NCBI GenBank assembly: GCA_964519305.1
Contig: CAZFHY010000004.1
Coordinates: forward strand, 32,001 to 96,000
Direction of reading: 5' to 3'
Length of the DNA: 64,000 bases
Source: Candidatus Undinarchaeota archaeon
Lineage (GTDB): Archaea > SpSt-1190 > JASMDC01
Shown in pieces: positions 38,405-47,763 of the stretch. Numbering within the stretch: position 1 is the stretch's first letter; the number at the start of each line of letters is the position of its first letter. A program made the position numbers and the translations under genes. The notes beneath the pieces were generated by a model. The model was not told the origin of the DNA. It ran no database searches and was given only the letters and a program-made list of their open reading frames with translations.

Positions 38405-38502
38405 CGTGTGCGGCTACCGTCCCAAGATTTTTAAATCGTTCGCAGAAGGCGACCACAAGCCCTGACGGCGGGTTTTTATTTCTTTGCCCATCCCCCCCCG
38501 CC

Positions 38503-39144
38503 ATGGGCAAGCCGTTCTTCTGCGTGCTCGAGGGTATCGATGGGTCTGGAAAGGGCACTCAGCTCTGGCTCATGGAACGACGTATGCGCAAGGAGGGTTT
38601 CGAGATTCTCGCGACCCGCGAGCCCACACAGACCCTCACTGGATACTTCCTGAAGATCGTCCTTAAGATGGGTGACATCCACCCTCTTACCGACTGCTTC
38701 CTCTTCGCGGCGGACCGTGCCGAGCACGTGGACAAGCTCATCCTCCCAGCCCTGAAGGAGAACAAGGTGGTCCTGTGCGAGCGCTATCTGTTCTCGTCCA
38801 TCGCCTACCAGACCATGAAGGGTGTGAAGGAGTCGCTTATCCGTAGTATGCACGAGTTCGCGCTCATGCCCGACCTCACCATCCTTATCGACGTATCTCC
38901 TGAGATAACCATGCAGCGGAAGGAACAGGTCCTCCACTACGAAGGCGAGAAGTTCGAGAACGTGGAGTTCCTCACGGGAGTCCGGGAGAAGTACCACGAG
39001 CTCGCGCGCCGCCATCACATGGTCATCGTGGACGGCAATCGTGACGAGATGGTAGTGCACGAGGACATCTGGCGTATCTTCAAGGAGCGCTACGACGCCA
39101 AGTCGGTCCAGACGGATATCGCAAGGTTCGTGGACGAAGAGTAG
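38503..39144 (+). CDS. tmk: Thymidylate kinase
   Basis: EGIDGSGKGTQ, TREP, LFAADRAEH, ERYLFSSIAYQ. Confidence 0.95.
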   Translation: MGKPFFCVLEGIDGSGKGTQLWLMERRMRKEGFEILATREPTQTLTGYFLKIVLKMGDIHPLTDCFLFAADRAEHVDKLILPALKENKVVLCERYLFSSIAYQTMKGVKESLIRSMHEFALMPDLTILIDVSPEITMQRKEQVLHYEGEKFENVEFLTGVREKYHELARRHHMVIVDGNRDEMVVHEDIWRIFKERYDAKSVQTDIARFVDEE

Positions 39145-39145
39145 C

Positions 39146-39895
39146 ATGGACGAGCTCGCTGCCGCCCTGGCACCCCTTGCAGGCAGGGTGTGCGATGCGC
39201 ATGTCCATCTAGGTCCTTCGGACCCGTGGATACCCGAGCTTGATCCATCCGGTCAACTTGTCGACATGGACGACGCCCTTTCCCCCTTGGGGACGGAACG
39301 GACTCTCGTGTTCCCCAATCCGTCCACACACACCTACCCAGAGCGTAACCGCGAGCTCGCGCGTGCCGCCCGTGAACGCGATGACCTCATCCCGTTCGGC
39401 AGGGTGGACCCCCGCCACCCTGACGCTGTTGCGCATGTGGAGGAGGCAGGACAACTCGGGCTCGTTGGTATCAAGCTCCACCCGGTCGTCGAGTGCTTCC
39501 GTCCAGACCACCCGGAGCTTGCGGACGTCTTCGAGCGTGTCCAAGACCTAGGCCTTGCGCTGGCGTTCCATACGGGAGCGGGATTCGCATCGCCCAAGTA
39601 TTTGACCAAGCTTGCTGGCGGTCCAACTCCGCTCATCCTCTGTCATCTCTCAAGAGCTTGTCTGCCCCTGCTCAAGAAGCGGAACGTGTACGTCGACACA
39701 TCGGGTGCGAGCGTCAGGTTGATCGCAGAAGCCGTGCGGGCATCACCGCGAAGAGTGCTCTATGGCTCGGACCATCCGTACTTGGATGCTCGGATCGAAC
39801 TCGCAAAGGTGCTGGCCGCCGTACCCCGTGGTCGAGCTCGCCGTCTGGTGCTCGCGGGCAACCTCGACAGGCTGTTCCGCTCTAAAGGGAAATAG
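39146..39895 (+). CDS. Amidohydrolase-2 family metal-dependent hydrolase
   Basis: DAHVH, GIKLHP, FHTG, CH, VYVDTS, LYGSDHP. Confidence 0.88.
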   Translation: MDELAAALAPLAGRVCDAHVHLGPSDPWIPELDPSGQLVDMDDALSPLGTERTLVFPNPSTHTYPERNRELARAARERDDLIPFGRVDPRHPDAVAHVEEAGQLGLVGIKLHPVVECFRPDHPELADVFERVQDLGLALAFHTGAGFASPKYLTKLAGGPTPLILCHLSRACLPLLKKRNVYVDTSGASVRLIAEAVRASPRRVLYGSDHPYLDARIELAKVLAAVPRGRARRLVLAGNLDRLFRSKGK

Positions 39896-39952
39896 CCAGC
39901 TTCGGAGACCTCACCCCAATCCCTTTAAACCTTGACGCACACGGCCAGCACC

Positions 39953-42244
39953 GTGAACATCCTCGGGGTGTCCTTCAAAGCCCATGACAGATCGGCATGC
40001 ATCGTCCGCGATGGTCATGTGTTGGCCGCAGTGGAGGAGGAGCGGCTCAATAGGGACAAGCACACCGGCCACTTCCCCAAGAACTCCATCTTCGAGGTAC
40101 TGCGCCTGGCAGGGCTCACTCCCGATGATATCGACCTCGTCGCATATGGGGGTGAGGGGGCACGACCCATCGAACCTCCGCACCGCAGGTCCCGGGCTCA
40201 GCTAGCATCACTGTTCACCACGAACGTTCGTCTTCGCAATCAGGAGGAAGTGGACCGGATCCGGACTTTCTTTGCGGGCGAGCGTTCCAAACCGGTCGAG
40301 GTGGCCGCTGTCGACCATGAGACGGCACACTTGGCTTCAGCGGCCCTGTGCTCGGGATTCGATGGATGCACTGCTTTGGCTGTGGATGGGTATGGGGATG
40401 ATCGCTCGGCCGCCGTTGGCCGATGGGCTGACGGCTCCCTAGAGCTAGTAGCACCCTCCCCCCTACGCTCTTCCGTCGGGCTCGTGTACGGTTTGACTAC
40501 CCTCCTCCTCGGGCTGTCCATATGGCACGATGAGGGCAAGGTCACCGCCATGAGTTCGTTCCCGGGCGAGGTCCCGGATGGGATCGAACAACTATATGAG
40601 GCTCTCATGCCCCTTCCAAAAGAGGCAGAGCTGCAACCAACGGCCGAAGCCCTATTTGGGCTCCTTGATATTTCACCCGTCCCTCCCAGGGACCTGCGCA
40701 CTACACTCCATGGTTCGGAAGTGGTCCGACCCTCCCCCCGGTGGAGGCCGGAGCGCACGACGGAAGGGTATCTGTTACGACCTCCGTCCGGCAATCCATT
40801 GTCTGTAGAACCGCTCAAGGACGAGGAGTTCCGGGCACTATGGTACGTGCTCCGTCGCTCCCCCTCGGCACATGTTGATGAGGTCGTCCAGCTTGCCGCA
40901 CCTCTTGTTGGTATGAAGGACGAGGATGTTTGGGCCTGCCTCCTGCCCAGCGTCGAACTGCACAAGCGCCAAGGTGTGTTCTCGGCTTCCATGAGCGGTG
41001 GCCTGTCGCTCAGGCTCATCGAGCGTGACCACGCTGTGTACTCCCTGTGCGATGGGACGCGGACGACAACGAGCATTGCGGAGATGCTGGATATGGATGA
41101 AGGTGAGGTGCGGGACCTCGTTGAGTTCTCACCGCTCTGTCGCACTCTGTGGACGGGTGGTAACTCGTCCGGCGCCCCCGACACGGCAAGATTTGCGGAA
41201 AGGGCACTCAAAGCATTCCGGTCCTGGTACGACGCACGCGCAGTTGAGAAACCTCCCCTTGGGAAGCACAAAGGAACATTCATCGACGCCCCCGCGTACG
41301 CCGCGGTCCGAAGAGGGCTCTTTGAGAACACGACACGGCCTGCTGTGTCCAAGGCACTCCAGCGTAGGCTGGAGAAGGTGCTAACGTCGCTGGCGTCCCA
41401 AGCGGTCGAGCGCACGGGAGAGGCAAAGGTCGCCACCGCGGGAGGGGTGTTCCTCAATGTGCTGGCCAACATGAACATACGTCGACTGGATTGTGTCGAG
41501 GACCTGTTCATCCAACCTGCCGCAAGCGATGCAGGCACTTGTTTGGGTGCTGCGCTGTATGCTTGGCATCATCTGTGTCGCGAGGAGGGACAAAGACCCA
41601 CATCCCATCGCCTCGAGAGCGCATCCCTCGGCCCATCCTATACCGAGGACGATGTGCTGACGGCCCTCCGAGGGACACAGGGAATCACTTGGGATGCAAC
41701 TGACGATATGGCGGGTACAGCTGCGGACCTTGCTGCGGGAGGTGCTATTGTCGGTTGGTTCGAGGGACGAATGGAGTTCGGCCCTCGCGCCCTCGGCAAC
41801 CGTTCCGTGCTCGCCGATCCCGCTAACGCATCCACCAAGGACCGTATCAACCTCCTCCTCAAGGGCAGGGAATGGTACCAACCGTTCTGTCCCAGCCTCC
41901 CCCTGGCGCGGGCAGAAGAGTATCTGGTGGAAGGGCGGGAGGCGCCGTTCATGATCGAGGCCTATGATGTGCGTGCTGAGAAACGTGGTGAGATCCCGGC
42001 CGTCGTCCATGTCGATGGCACGACCCGGCCTCAGACAGTGCGGCGGGACCTACAGCCCGCCTACCACAGGGTGCTCACCGAGCTTGAGTCCCACACAGGT
42101 ATCCCCGTCGTGCTCAATACGTCCTTCAACATCCATGGTGAACCGATCGTGTGCACACCCCGGGATGCGCTCTCGGTGCTGGTCAGGCGTGGAGTGGACG
42201 TCCTTGTGATGGAGGGCTTCGTTGTCCGACGGACCAAGGACTAG
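39953..42244 (+). CDS. NodU/CmcH-family O-carbamoyltransferase with a large internal insertion (PqqD/RRE-like)
   Basis: HDRSA, EEERLNR.KH, HETAH, DGYGD, AGGVFLN, SDAG, EFGPRALGNRS, HVDGTTR, NTSFN.HGEP. Confidence 0.92.
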   Translation: MNILGVSFKAHDRSACIVRDGHVLAAVEEERLNRDKHTGHFPKNSIFEVLRLAGLTPDDIDLVAYGGEGARPIEPPHRRSRAQLASLFTTNVRLRNQEEVDRIRTFFAGERSKPVEVAAVDHETAHLASAALCSGFDGCTALAVDGYGDDRSAAVGRWADGSLELVAPSPLRSSVGLVYGLTTLLLGLSIWHDEGKVTAMSSFPGEVPDGIEQLYEALMPLPKEAELQPTAEALFGLLDISPVPPRDLRTTLHGSEVVRPSPRWRPERTTEGYLLRPPSGNPLSVEPLKDEEFRALWYVLRRSPSAHVDEVVQLAAPLVGMKDEDVWACLLPSVELHKRQGVFSASMSGGLSLRLIERDHAVYSLCDGTRTTTSIAEMLDMDEGEVRDLVEFSPLCRTLWTGGNSSGAPDTARFAERALKAFRSWYDARAVEKPPLGKHKGTFIDAPAYAAVRRGLFENTTRPAVSKALQRRLEKVLTSLASQAVERTGEAKVATAGGVFLNVLANMNIRRLDCVEDLFIQPAASDAGTCLGAALYAWHHLCREEGQRPTSHRLESASLGPSYTEDDVLTALRGTQGITWDATDDMAGTAADLAAGGAIVGWFEGRMEFGPRALGNRSVLADPANASTKDRINLLLKGREWYQPFCPSLPLARAEEYLVEGREAPFMIEAYDVRAEKRGEIPAVVHVDGTTRPQTVRRDLQPAYHRVLTELESHTGIPVVLNTSFNIHGEPIVCTPRDALSVLVRRGVDVLVMEGFVVRRTKD

Positions 42245-42693
42245 ACAAGGACATCGTCCCGTGCGATGACCTCACCATCGCACAAGAGGAGCGCCTCGAT
42301 CACCTCACCCGCCCCAATGCTCTCGAACAGAAGGTCAGCGCTGACGACCGTCCTTCCTTCGGATTTATCAGGCGAGATGTCCGCCCAAATATTCTGCCCA
42401 TAGAGGGAGGGAGCGATATCCTTCGGGACCGACACGTGCCATGCGTCATCCTGGCCGTTGTGGTCGAACGCCAGCACAAGTATCGCACATCGCCTGTCGA
42501 CCGGGCTTCCTTCCCAAGAGAGTTCGAGCGTTGTGCGATAGATCCCCTCTCCCGCAGGACTGGGCCGGTCCAGGATACGGGCGTTCACCGATGCGGTAGA
42601 TGATGGGGTGAACCGGGTGGAACCCATGACCACAAGGGCAACTAGCCCGACCACCAGTATCACCAGTAATATGTGCTCACGCAGGTGGACCAT
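42241..42693 (-). CDS. Membrane-anchored exported hypothetical protein (last gene of the Fe-S operon)
   Basis: N-terminal TM ILLVILVVGLVALVV; ATG 42693, 4 nt after the upstream stop. Confidence 0.65.
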   Translation of the reverse strand: MVHLREHILLVILVVGLVALVVMGSTRFTPSSTASVNARILDRPSPAGEGIYRTTLELSWEGSPVDRRCAILVLAFDHNGQDDAWHVSVPKDIAPSLYGQNIWADISPDKSEGRTVVSADLLFESIGAGEVIEALLLCDGEVIARDDVLV

Positions 42694-42697
42694 GACA

Positions 42698-43486
42698 TCA
42701 CCCGTACTTGAAGCTGAAGGACAGGGCATCCTTGGGACACACATCGATGCACCGTCCGCAGCGGATACACTCTCCCGTGGGTACTGTCCGATGACCGCGA
42801 CGGATAGAGTCCTCAATGACGAGGATGTCCATGGGACACTCGCGCTGGCAGACCATGCACTCGATGCATGTATCCTCATCAACCAATACGCGGAACGCGC
42901 TCACCTTGTCCAAGATAGCGGCCAGCCCCCCGAGCGGACAGATCGATTTGCACCAGAACCGTCGATGATAGATTATCACGAAGAGCGCAGATATGAAGGT
43001 GATGGTCAGACCGGGGATCATGGCAAGGTCGAAGGTCTGAGGACCCGCGGTCCGGTACAGGGCACCGTACGGGCACACCTGGCAGAACACAGGATATCCA
43101 AAGACCATGGCCGCCCCTATGAAGACTGCCAAGAGCTCGTACTTGAAGGAATAGCCCTGTAGGATGCGTGGAGGACTGCGCTCCCTGACGGGGAGCTTGA
43201 GCGCGTTCGCGGCGCTCATGATGGTGCCGAACGGACAAACCCATCCACACCACACACGTCCGAAGACGATCACGAAGAGCGTGAATCCACCAACTAGTAA
43301 TGTGAGGCGGGAGAAGCCGCGGATAGTACCAGCATCAAAGGCCTCGTCGAAAAGACCTGAACCTATAGCGCCCGCTACCTGCTGTACACCGATGAACGGA
43401 CAGTACCGTGCGATCCCACCGAGAATTAATACGGCGATGAGGAGGAATATCGCCTGGATCGGCCGACGGTACGTTTGGACGGTCAT
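42698..43486 (-). CDS. NapH/MauN-type membrane polyferredoxin
   Basis: RVWCGWVCPFG, FCQVCPYG, RFWCKSICPLG, two CxxCxxCxxxCP motifs. Confidence 0.9.
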   Translation of the reverse strand: MTVQTYRRPIQAIFLLIAVLILGGIARYCPFIGVQQVAGAIGSGLFDEAFDAGTIRGFSRLTLLVGGFTLFVIVFGRVWCGWVCPFGTIMSAANALKLPVRERSPPRILQGYSFKYELLAVFIGAAMVFGYPVFCQVCPYGALYRTAGPQTFDLAMIPGLTITFISALFVIIYHRRFWCKSICPLGGLAAILDKVSAFRVLVDEDTCIECMVCQRECPMDILVIEDSIRRGHRTVPTGECIRCGRCIDVCPKDALSFSFKYG

Positions 43487-44112
43487 GAGCGCACCACCTT
43501 ACGATCACTGGGCTTCAGAACGAGCACATCTGTCGGACAAACGTTCACGCAATGGCCACATCCCCTGCAGAAGTCCTCAAGGCGGGCGGTCTCACGTTCC
43601 AACGCGCCTTCCGAGATGGGCTCAAGGAGCTTGCGGTAGCGCATTACCTGCTCACCTTTCCCGGTAAGGTCGTTCTCAACGACCGTGTAGGGACAGGCCT
43701 CGTCGCATCGGTCACATTTGATACACCGCTCGGGATGGGCGAGAAACGCGGTGCCCAGCTTCGGTTGTCTACCGCTCTGCTGAAGTCCGGTCACGGTCCC
43801 GAGGTCGAGCACCTGGGTCGGACAGACCTCATTGCACTCATAACAGAACGTGCACGGACCCGGTTGGCCCGTAACGCGCGGTAGTCCGACCTCTTCTATC
43901 GGACCGGCAGACACGAGCTCAATAGCCTTGGTCGGACAGACCTGGGCGCACTGGCCACACCTGAGACAGAGGAGAGTTAACTGGCGAGGCTCCACGGCGC
44001 CGGGCGGACGTACATCTGTACCATTGCCCGTGGGTGGCGCCAGGGAGAGCGCCGCCGCCAGCGCAGCCCCGTACCCGAGAGCGGACCGCAGGAAGTCGCG
44101 TCGGTCGGCCAT
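43483..44112 (-). CDS. NapG/MauM-type Tat-exported 4x[4Fe-4S] ferredoxin
   Basis: DRRDFLR Tat motif, RPPGA, four CxxCxxCxxxCP motifs. Confidence 0.9.
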   Translation of the reverse strand: MADRRDFLRSALGYGAALAAALSLAPPTGNGTDVRPPGAVEPRQLTLLCLRCGQCAQVCPTKAIELVSAGPIEEVGLPRVTGQPGPCTFCYECNEVCPTQVLDLGTVTGLQQSGRQPKLGTAFLAHPERCIKCDRCDEACPYTVVENDLTGKGEQVMRYRKLLEPISEGALERETARLEDFCRGCGHCVNVCPTDVLVLKPSDRKVVRS

Positions 44113-44113
44113 T

Positions 44114-44554
44114 TCACACAAACCTCCCATCGTTCTTCAGATCATCGATGGCGCTCATGATGGGGAGCCCGAGAGGGCATGCCTGCTCACAGAGCCCGCA
44201 CCTTACGCATAGACGGGCCGCCTCCCGCACAGGCATGGCATGCTTTCCGTCCACTTGACCTGGTAGGTCAGGATTGTTCGTGCGCGCTGCGACAACGAAC
44301 CGCGAGGGATCGAGCCCCCGAGGGCAGACTGGCCGGCAGGCCTGGCACTCGTAGCAGGTGAGCGCCCACATATGACGTGTGCGCAATGCCTTCACCGCAT
44401 TGCTGCCAAGGAGGACCGCGAGAGCAAGAGAGGCCATGACGTTCCGCCTGACCTCATCAACGGGCATGGTAACGGTCCGTCGGGCTCGACGTCCAACGAA
44501 ACCTGCCACTCCCGCGCTCGCCGCCAGCAGCACCGCGATAATGACAGGTTCCAT
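44114..44554 (-). CDS. Membrane-anchored HdrC-like 2x[4Fe-4S] protein
   Basis: Two hydrophobic segments; CYECQACRPVCP and CVRCGLCEQACP. Confidence 0.85.
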   Translation of the reverse strand: MEPVIIAVLLAASAGVAGFVGRRARRTVTMPVDEVRRNVMASLALAVLLGSNAVKALRTRHMWALTCYECQACRPVCPRGLDPSRFVVAARTNNPDLPGQVDGKHAMPVREAARLCVRCGLCEQACPLGLPIMSAIDDLKNDGRFV

Positions 44555-44565
44555 TTTTGAAGCAC

Positions 44566-44709
44566 CTAGAACAGGAACATCAGCAGCCCGGTCACAAGGC
44601 CGCCCATGATACCTCCGGGCTTGTAGAACGTATAGCCCAGGGCATAGTTGAACATTGCACCACAGAGGGCGCCGATCCCGACCATCGTCAGCAAGAGTCT
44701 CGTGTTCAT
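44566..44709 (-). CDS. 47-aa two-helix membrane peptide (below the ORF-track cutoff)
   Basis: MNTRLLLTMVGIGALCGAMFNYALGYTFYKPGGIMGGLVTGLLMFLF*; fills the operon gap, GGTGA RBS upstream. Confidence 0.7.
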   Translation of the reverse strand: MNTRLLLTMVGIGALCGAMFNYALGYTFYKPGGIMGGLVTGLLMFLF

Positions 44710-44716
44710 AGCAAAA

Positions 44717-45457
44717 TCACCCCGAAAGGGTTCCGTTGGATATCAGTAGCATTATGAGGGCGGTCACAGCCGTCATCAACAGGATGCCCGCCTGCTGGGC
44801 CCTGGTGCTGGCACCTGGTTCGAGCCCAAGCTCACCCTCGCCCACGGCAGCGATCCCGCCGAGGCGTGAGGGGGCACAGGACGCGGCGGCGTTGACGATG
44901 AAAGCGGCCACGAGCACGTGGGTCGCGAACGGAGCATGATCTGCAGCCCCTGTGGCAGCGATACCGGGCGTGAGGACTTCGTTCCCGAACCTCACGACGC
45001 CCGGCAGGAAGGCCGCCGCAGTGATGCGGCCACAGGGCAATGGAATGAGCGCAGGTATGTTCGCTAACAGAACGGCCGTCCCGACCAGTCCCAGAGGTGT
45101 TGTCATCGCAAGCCTCTCGAGGACCTCGACCATCGCATCATATCCTCCTGCGAATCCCAGTGCACCCGCGGCCATGAAGCCACCGGTCATGGCCATGATG
45201 GGATGGAGCATTATCCCTGCCAAGAGGTCAGCAAGCGTCGCCTCCGATACCACCAGCATGAACAATGCTAGTGCCACCAGAACGGTCTGAATAGGGATCG
45301 GAGGAGGTGCCACCTGGGCGTACGCGAGCGTCGTTGCGAACACCAACAGGCAGATGTACCCTGTCCTGAGGTGCTTATCGTCGATGCGGGAACGGATGAT
45401 CACCAGGGCCACAGCAATCCAGACAACCGCTCCGATTAAAGGAATAGAGAGATCCAT
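44717..45457 (-). CDS. Multi-pass membrane protein with PCGR and NAAASCAPS motifs (paralog B)
   Basis: Hydrophobic 246 aa; clear paralog of 45462..46148. Confidence 0.85.
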   Translation of the reverse strand: MDLSIPLIGAVVWIAVALVIIRSRIDDKHLRTGYICLLVFATTLAYAQVAPPPIPIQTVLVALALFMLVVSEATLADLLAGIMLHPIMAMTGGFMAAGALGFAGGYDAMVEVLERLAMTTPLGLVGTAVLLANIPALIPLPCGRITAAAFLPGVVRFGNEVLTPGIAATGAADHAPFATHVLVAAFIVNAAASCAPSRLGGIAAVGEGELGLEPGASTRAQQAGILLMTAVTALIMLLISNGTLSG

Positions 45458-45461
45458 TACC

Positions 45462-46148
45462 TTATCGCCCTCCTGCCTTCAGGGGCGCAAGCCGCCCGAG
45501 GACCACTGCAGTAAAAGCGGTCCCCGCCATTATTCCCGCGCGTAGAGGGTCCGAGAAAGCACCGACAGGCTGACCGGTCATGCCCTCACCAATCATTCCT
45601 AGGCCCCCTAAGATTGAAGGTGCACATGATGCGGCGGCATTGACCGTGAAAGCGAACACAACGACCGCTACTAAGCGATCGTCACCCTGACGTTCTGCGA
45701 CTGCCCGACCGAGGAAGAGTGCGGCCGGGAGCAGCGCGGCACCAAGTATTCGGCCACAGGGGAGGGCGATTATGGCGGGCGAATTGACGAGCAGGACCAC
45801 CACTCCTGGAAGGCCGAATACTTCCATCCCACCGATCTTGAACGAGGCGAGCCGGTCAAGGGCATCCACCAGTGCCTCGAAGGCACCGGAAACTTCCAGG
45901 CCACCAACTACCAGGAATCCGGCTATCAGAGCTGTGATGGGATGGAGCTGGATGGAAGCTAATAGGTCCGCAGGAGTGATGGTGCGCGCCAGTCCCTGAC
46001 GAGCACCTACTACGGAGATGAGCACAATAAGGAGCGTCACACCGAGCAACGCCGTATGAATGGGTATATGGTTCTGAGGGATGATCCCCTTCAATGAGAG
46101 AACGATGGTCGCGAGGAACAGAGCGAGCGCAAGGTATCCGACGATCAT
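45462..46148 (-). CDS. Multi-pass membrane protein with PCGR and NAAASCAPS motifs (paralog A)
   Basis: Hydrophobic 228 aa; ATGA overlap with the HdrB-like gene. Confidence 0.85.
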   Translation of the reverse strand: MIVGYLALALFLATIVLSLKGIIPQNHIPIHTALLGVTLLIVLISVVGARQGLARTITPADLLASIQLHPITALIAGFLVVGGLEVSGAFEALVDALDRLASFKIGGMEVFGLPGVVVLLVNSPAIIALPCGRILGAALLPAALFLGRAVAERQGDDRLVAVVVFAFTVNAAASCAPSILGGLGMIGEGMTGQPVGAFSDPLRAGIMAGTAFTAVVLGRLAPLKAGGR

Positions 46149-46978
46149 ATCATCCCCTCCTCGGCCGCTTTCCGGGCAGCACGGCGCTCCTTGGCCTCGT
46201 TGACCACACGTTCGAGGTTCTTTGTGAAGTCGTCCATACCGAATGCCACCAAGAAGGCCAATGATACGACCTTCATGTTCGCAGCTGCTTTGCGCAGGGC
46301 AGGATCGGTATCTTCGTCAGCCACCACTTCCGCGAGAGCTTCGCTCAGGGAAATCTCGCATCGGGGGCAGGCGGTCACGATTAGGTCGGCCTTGGTCGCC
46401 AGGGCATTACGTATCTTGCTGGAGCGTAAGGATGTGGCCACTTCAGGATCACTCGCCCGGAGGCCTCCAGAGCCGCCGCAACAGGACTCGGCCTCCTCCA
46501 TTTCGATAACCTCAAGGCCACGAATAGCGTCAAGGACATCCCTCATGACCGCATTGTCCACACCCATCCCCCGGTTGAGATGGCAAGGATAATGAACGGT
46601 AACTCGAGCGTTCACCTCTCCGAGCCCGCTCTTGCGGAGGAACTCCATTTTCTCAGGAAGTAGTTCGATGAAATGGGTGACCTCGATACCTCTTCGTGCT
46701 ACGTCCGCAGAATCCATGAGCGCGGTCCCGCAACCAGGGCATGACACCAGTACTTCGTCCACAGGACCTTGCAATCGACCCCAGCCACTGACGGAGATGT
46801 TGATGAGCTTGTCCTTTGCTGCCATATCGCCGATGAACGATGACGGTCTCCCACAACAGATGTCCCTGGGGGGTTCGGTCACTTCAATCCCGAGCTTCTT
46901 CAGAAGGTATCGTACCGCATATCTTGTGTCAAGTAGCTGGAGCCCGTAGAAACAACCGTCGAAGACCAGGCGTTGCAT
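46145..46978 (-). CDS. CCG-domain Fe-S protein (HdrB/GlpC-like)
   Basis: GC...CCG...CPGC and YPCH...CCGGSGG...TACPRC: two CCG domains. Confidence 0.88.
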   Translation of the reverse strand: MQRLVFDGCFYGLQLLDTRYAVRYLLKKLGIEVTEPPRDICCGRPSSFIGDMAAKDKLINISVSGWGRLQGPVDEVLVSCPGCGTALMDSADVARRGIEVTHFIELLPEKMEFLRKSGLGEVNARVTVHYPCHLNRGMGVDNAVMRDVLDAIRGLEVIEMEEAESCCGGSGGLRASDPEVATSLRSSKIRNALATKADLIVTACPRCEISLSEALAEVVADEDTDPALRKAAANMKVVSLAFLVAFGMDDFTKNLERVVNEAKERRAARKAAEEGMI

Positions 46979-47763
46979 TACGATCCCTCCAAAGACCTTG
47001 TCGAACGCTTCCGTCCTCCAGTGCCCTTCTTCGCAGACCTTTTCGAGGCTTTCTTCTTCACTGATTTCTTTGAACGATCGCTCTTCGAGTTCTTTTTCGG
47101 CTCCACTGTCTCTTTCTCGGCAACCGTACGTTCAGGCTCTGTATCAGCGGTCCCGTCGTTAGTATCGTCAGGCCTGTCCTTGTCGAGCGTCGTTTCCGGA
47201 CCGTCCGCTGACGAGACCTCTTGTTCTTTTTCTTCAAGGTGTCGCTCAAGCTGTCGTGCGCTCCTTAGGATGGACCGGGCCTGCGATGCAGGATCGGGTC
47301 GGCTCTTGATCTCGCCGAGGACGTTCCTTGCTTTTTCTAGCCTTTCGAGTAGTTTTACCTGACCATCGGTCGCCCCATCCTTACCGAACCGGATACCTCT
47401 ACCTGCGAGCACCATTGCTTCAGCGTCCAGTCCTCGAGGGCATCGTTCCACGCAGTTACGACATGTAGAACAAATATGGAGCCCTCCAGCCATTATCCGC
47501 GCGTCATGTCCAGCACGGAGCGAGCGCATGACCTCGGCAGGCCCTATGAATGTGGCCCTGCCCTCCCCTTCCTTGTTATCGATCTCTTTTGCGATAGCCA
47601 CTACAGGACATACTGCAGTACATTGACGACAGTCGGTGCATAACAGGGTCCTTGAGACCTCGCGGAAGATGGCCGAGAGGATAAGGAGGGTCGGTACTGT
47701 CATCAGGAGGAGTGCGACACCCCCGTGCAGTGCCGTGGGCCCTCCCGGGAGAAAGGAGACCAT
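46978..47763 (-). CDS. HdrC-like 2x[4Fe-4S] protein with N-terminal TM and Lys-rich tail
   Basis: CTDCRQCTAVCP, CSTCRNCVERCPRG; its TAA overlaps the next ATG. Confidence 0.85.
   Translation of the reverse strand: MVSFLPGGPTALHGGVALLLMTVPTLLILSAIFREVSRTLLCTDCRQCTAVCPVVAIAKEIDNKEGEGRATFIGPAEVMRSLRAGHDARIMAGGLHICSTCRNCVERCPRGLDAEAMVLAGRGIRFGKDGATDGQVKLLERLEKARNVLGEIKSRPDPASQARSILRSARQLERHLEEKEQEVSSADGPETTLDKDRPDDTNDGTADTEPERTVAEKETVEPKKNSKSDRSKKSVKKKASKRSAKKGTGGRKRSTRSLEGS

Noticed and set aside
40240-41538. 432-aa antisense ORF
   Set aside because: Shadow of the carbamoyltransferase in GC-rich DNA.
42698-47763. Calling this a canonical Nap, Hdr or Rnf system, or selenocysteine readthrough
   Set aside because: No NapA, HdrA/E or RnfC/D/G; the Cys motifs are complete without in-frame TGA.
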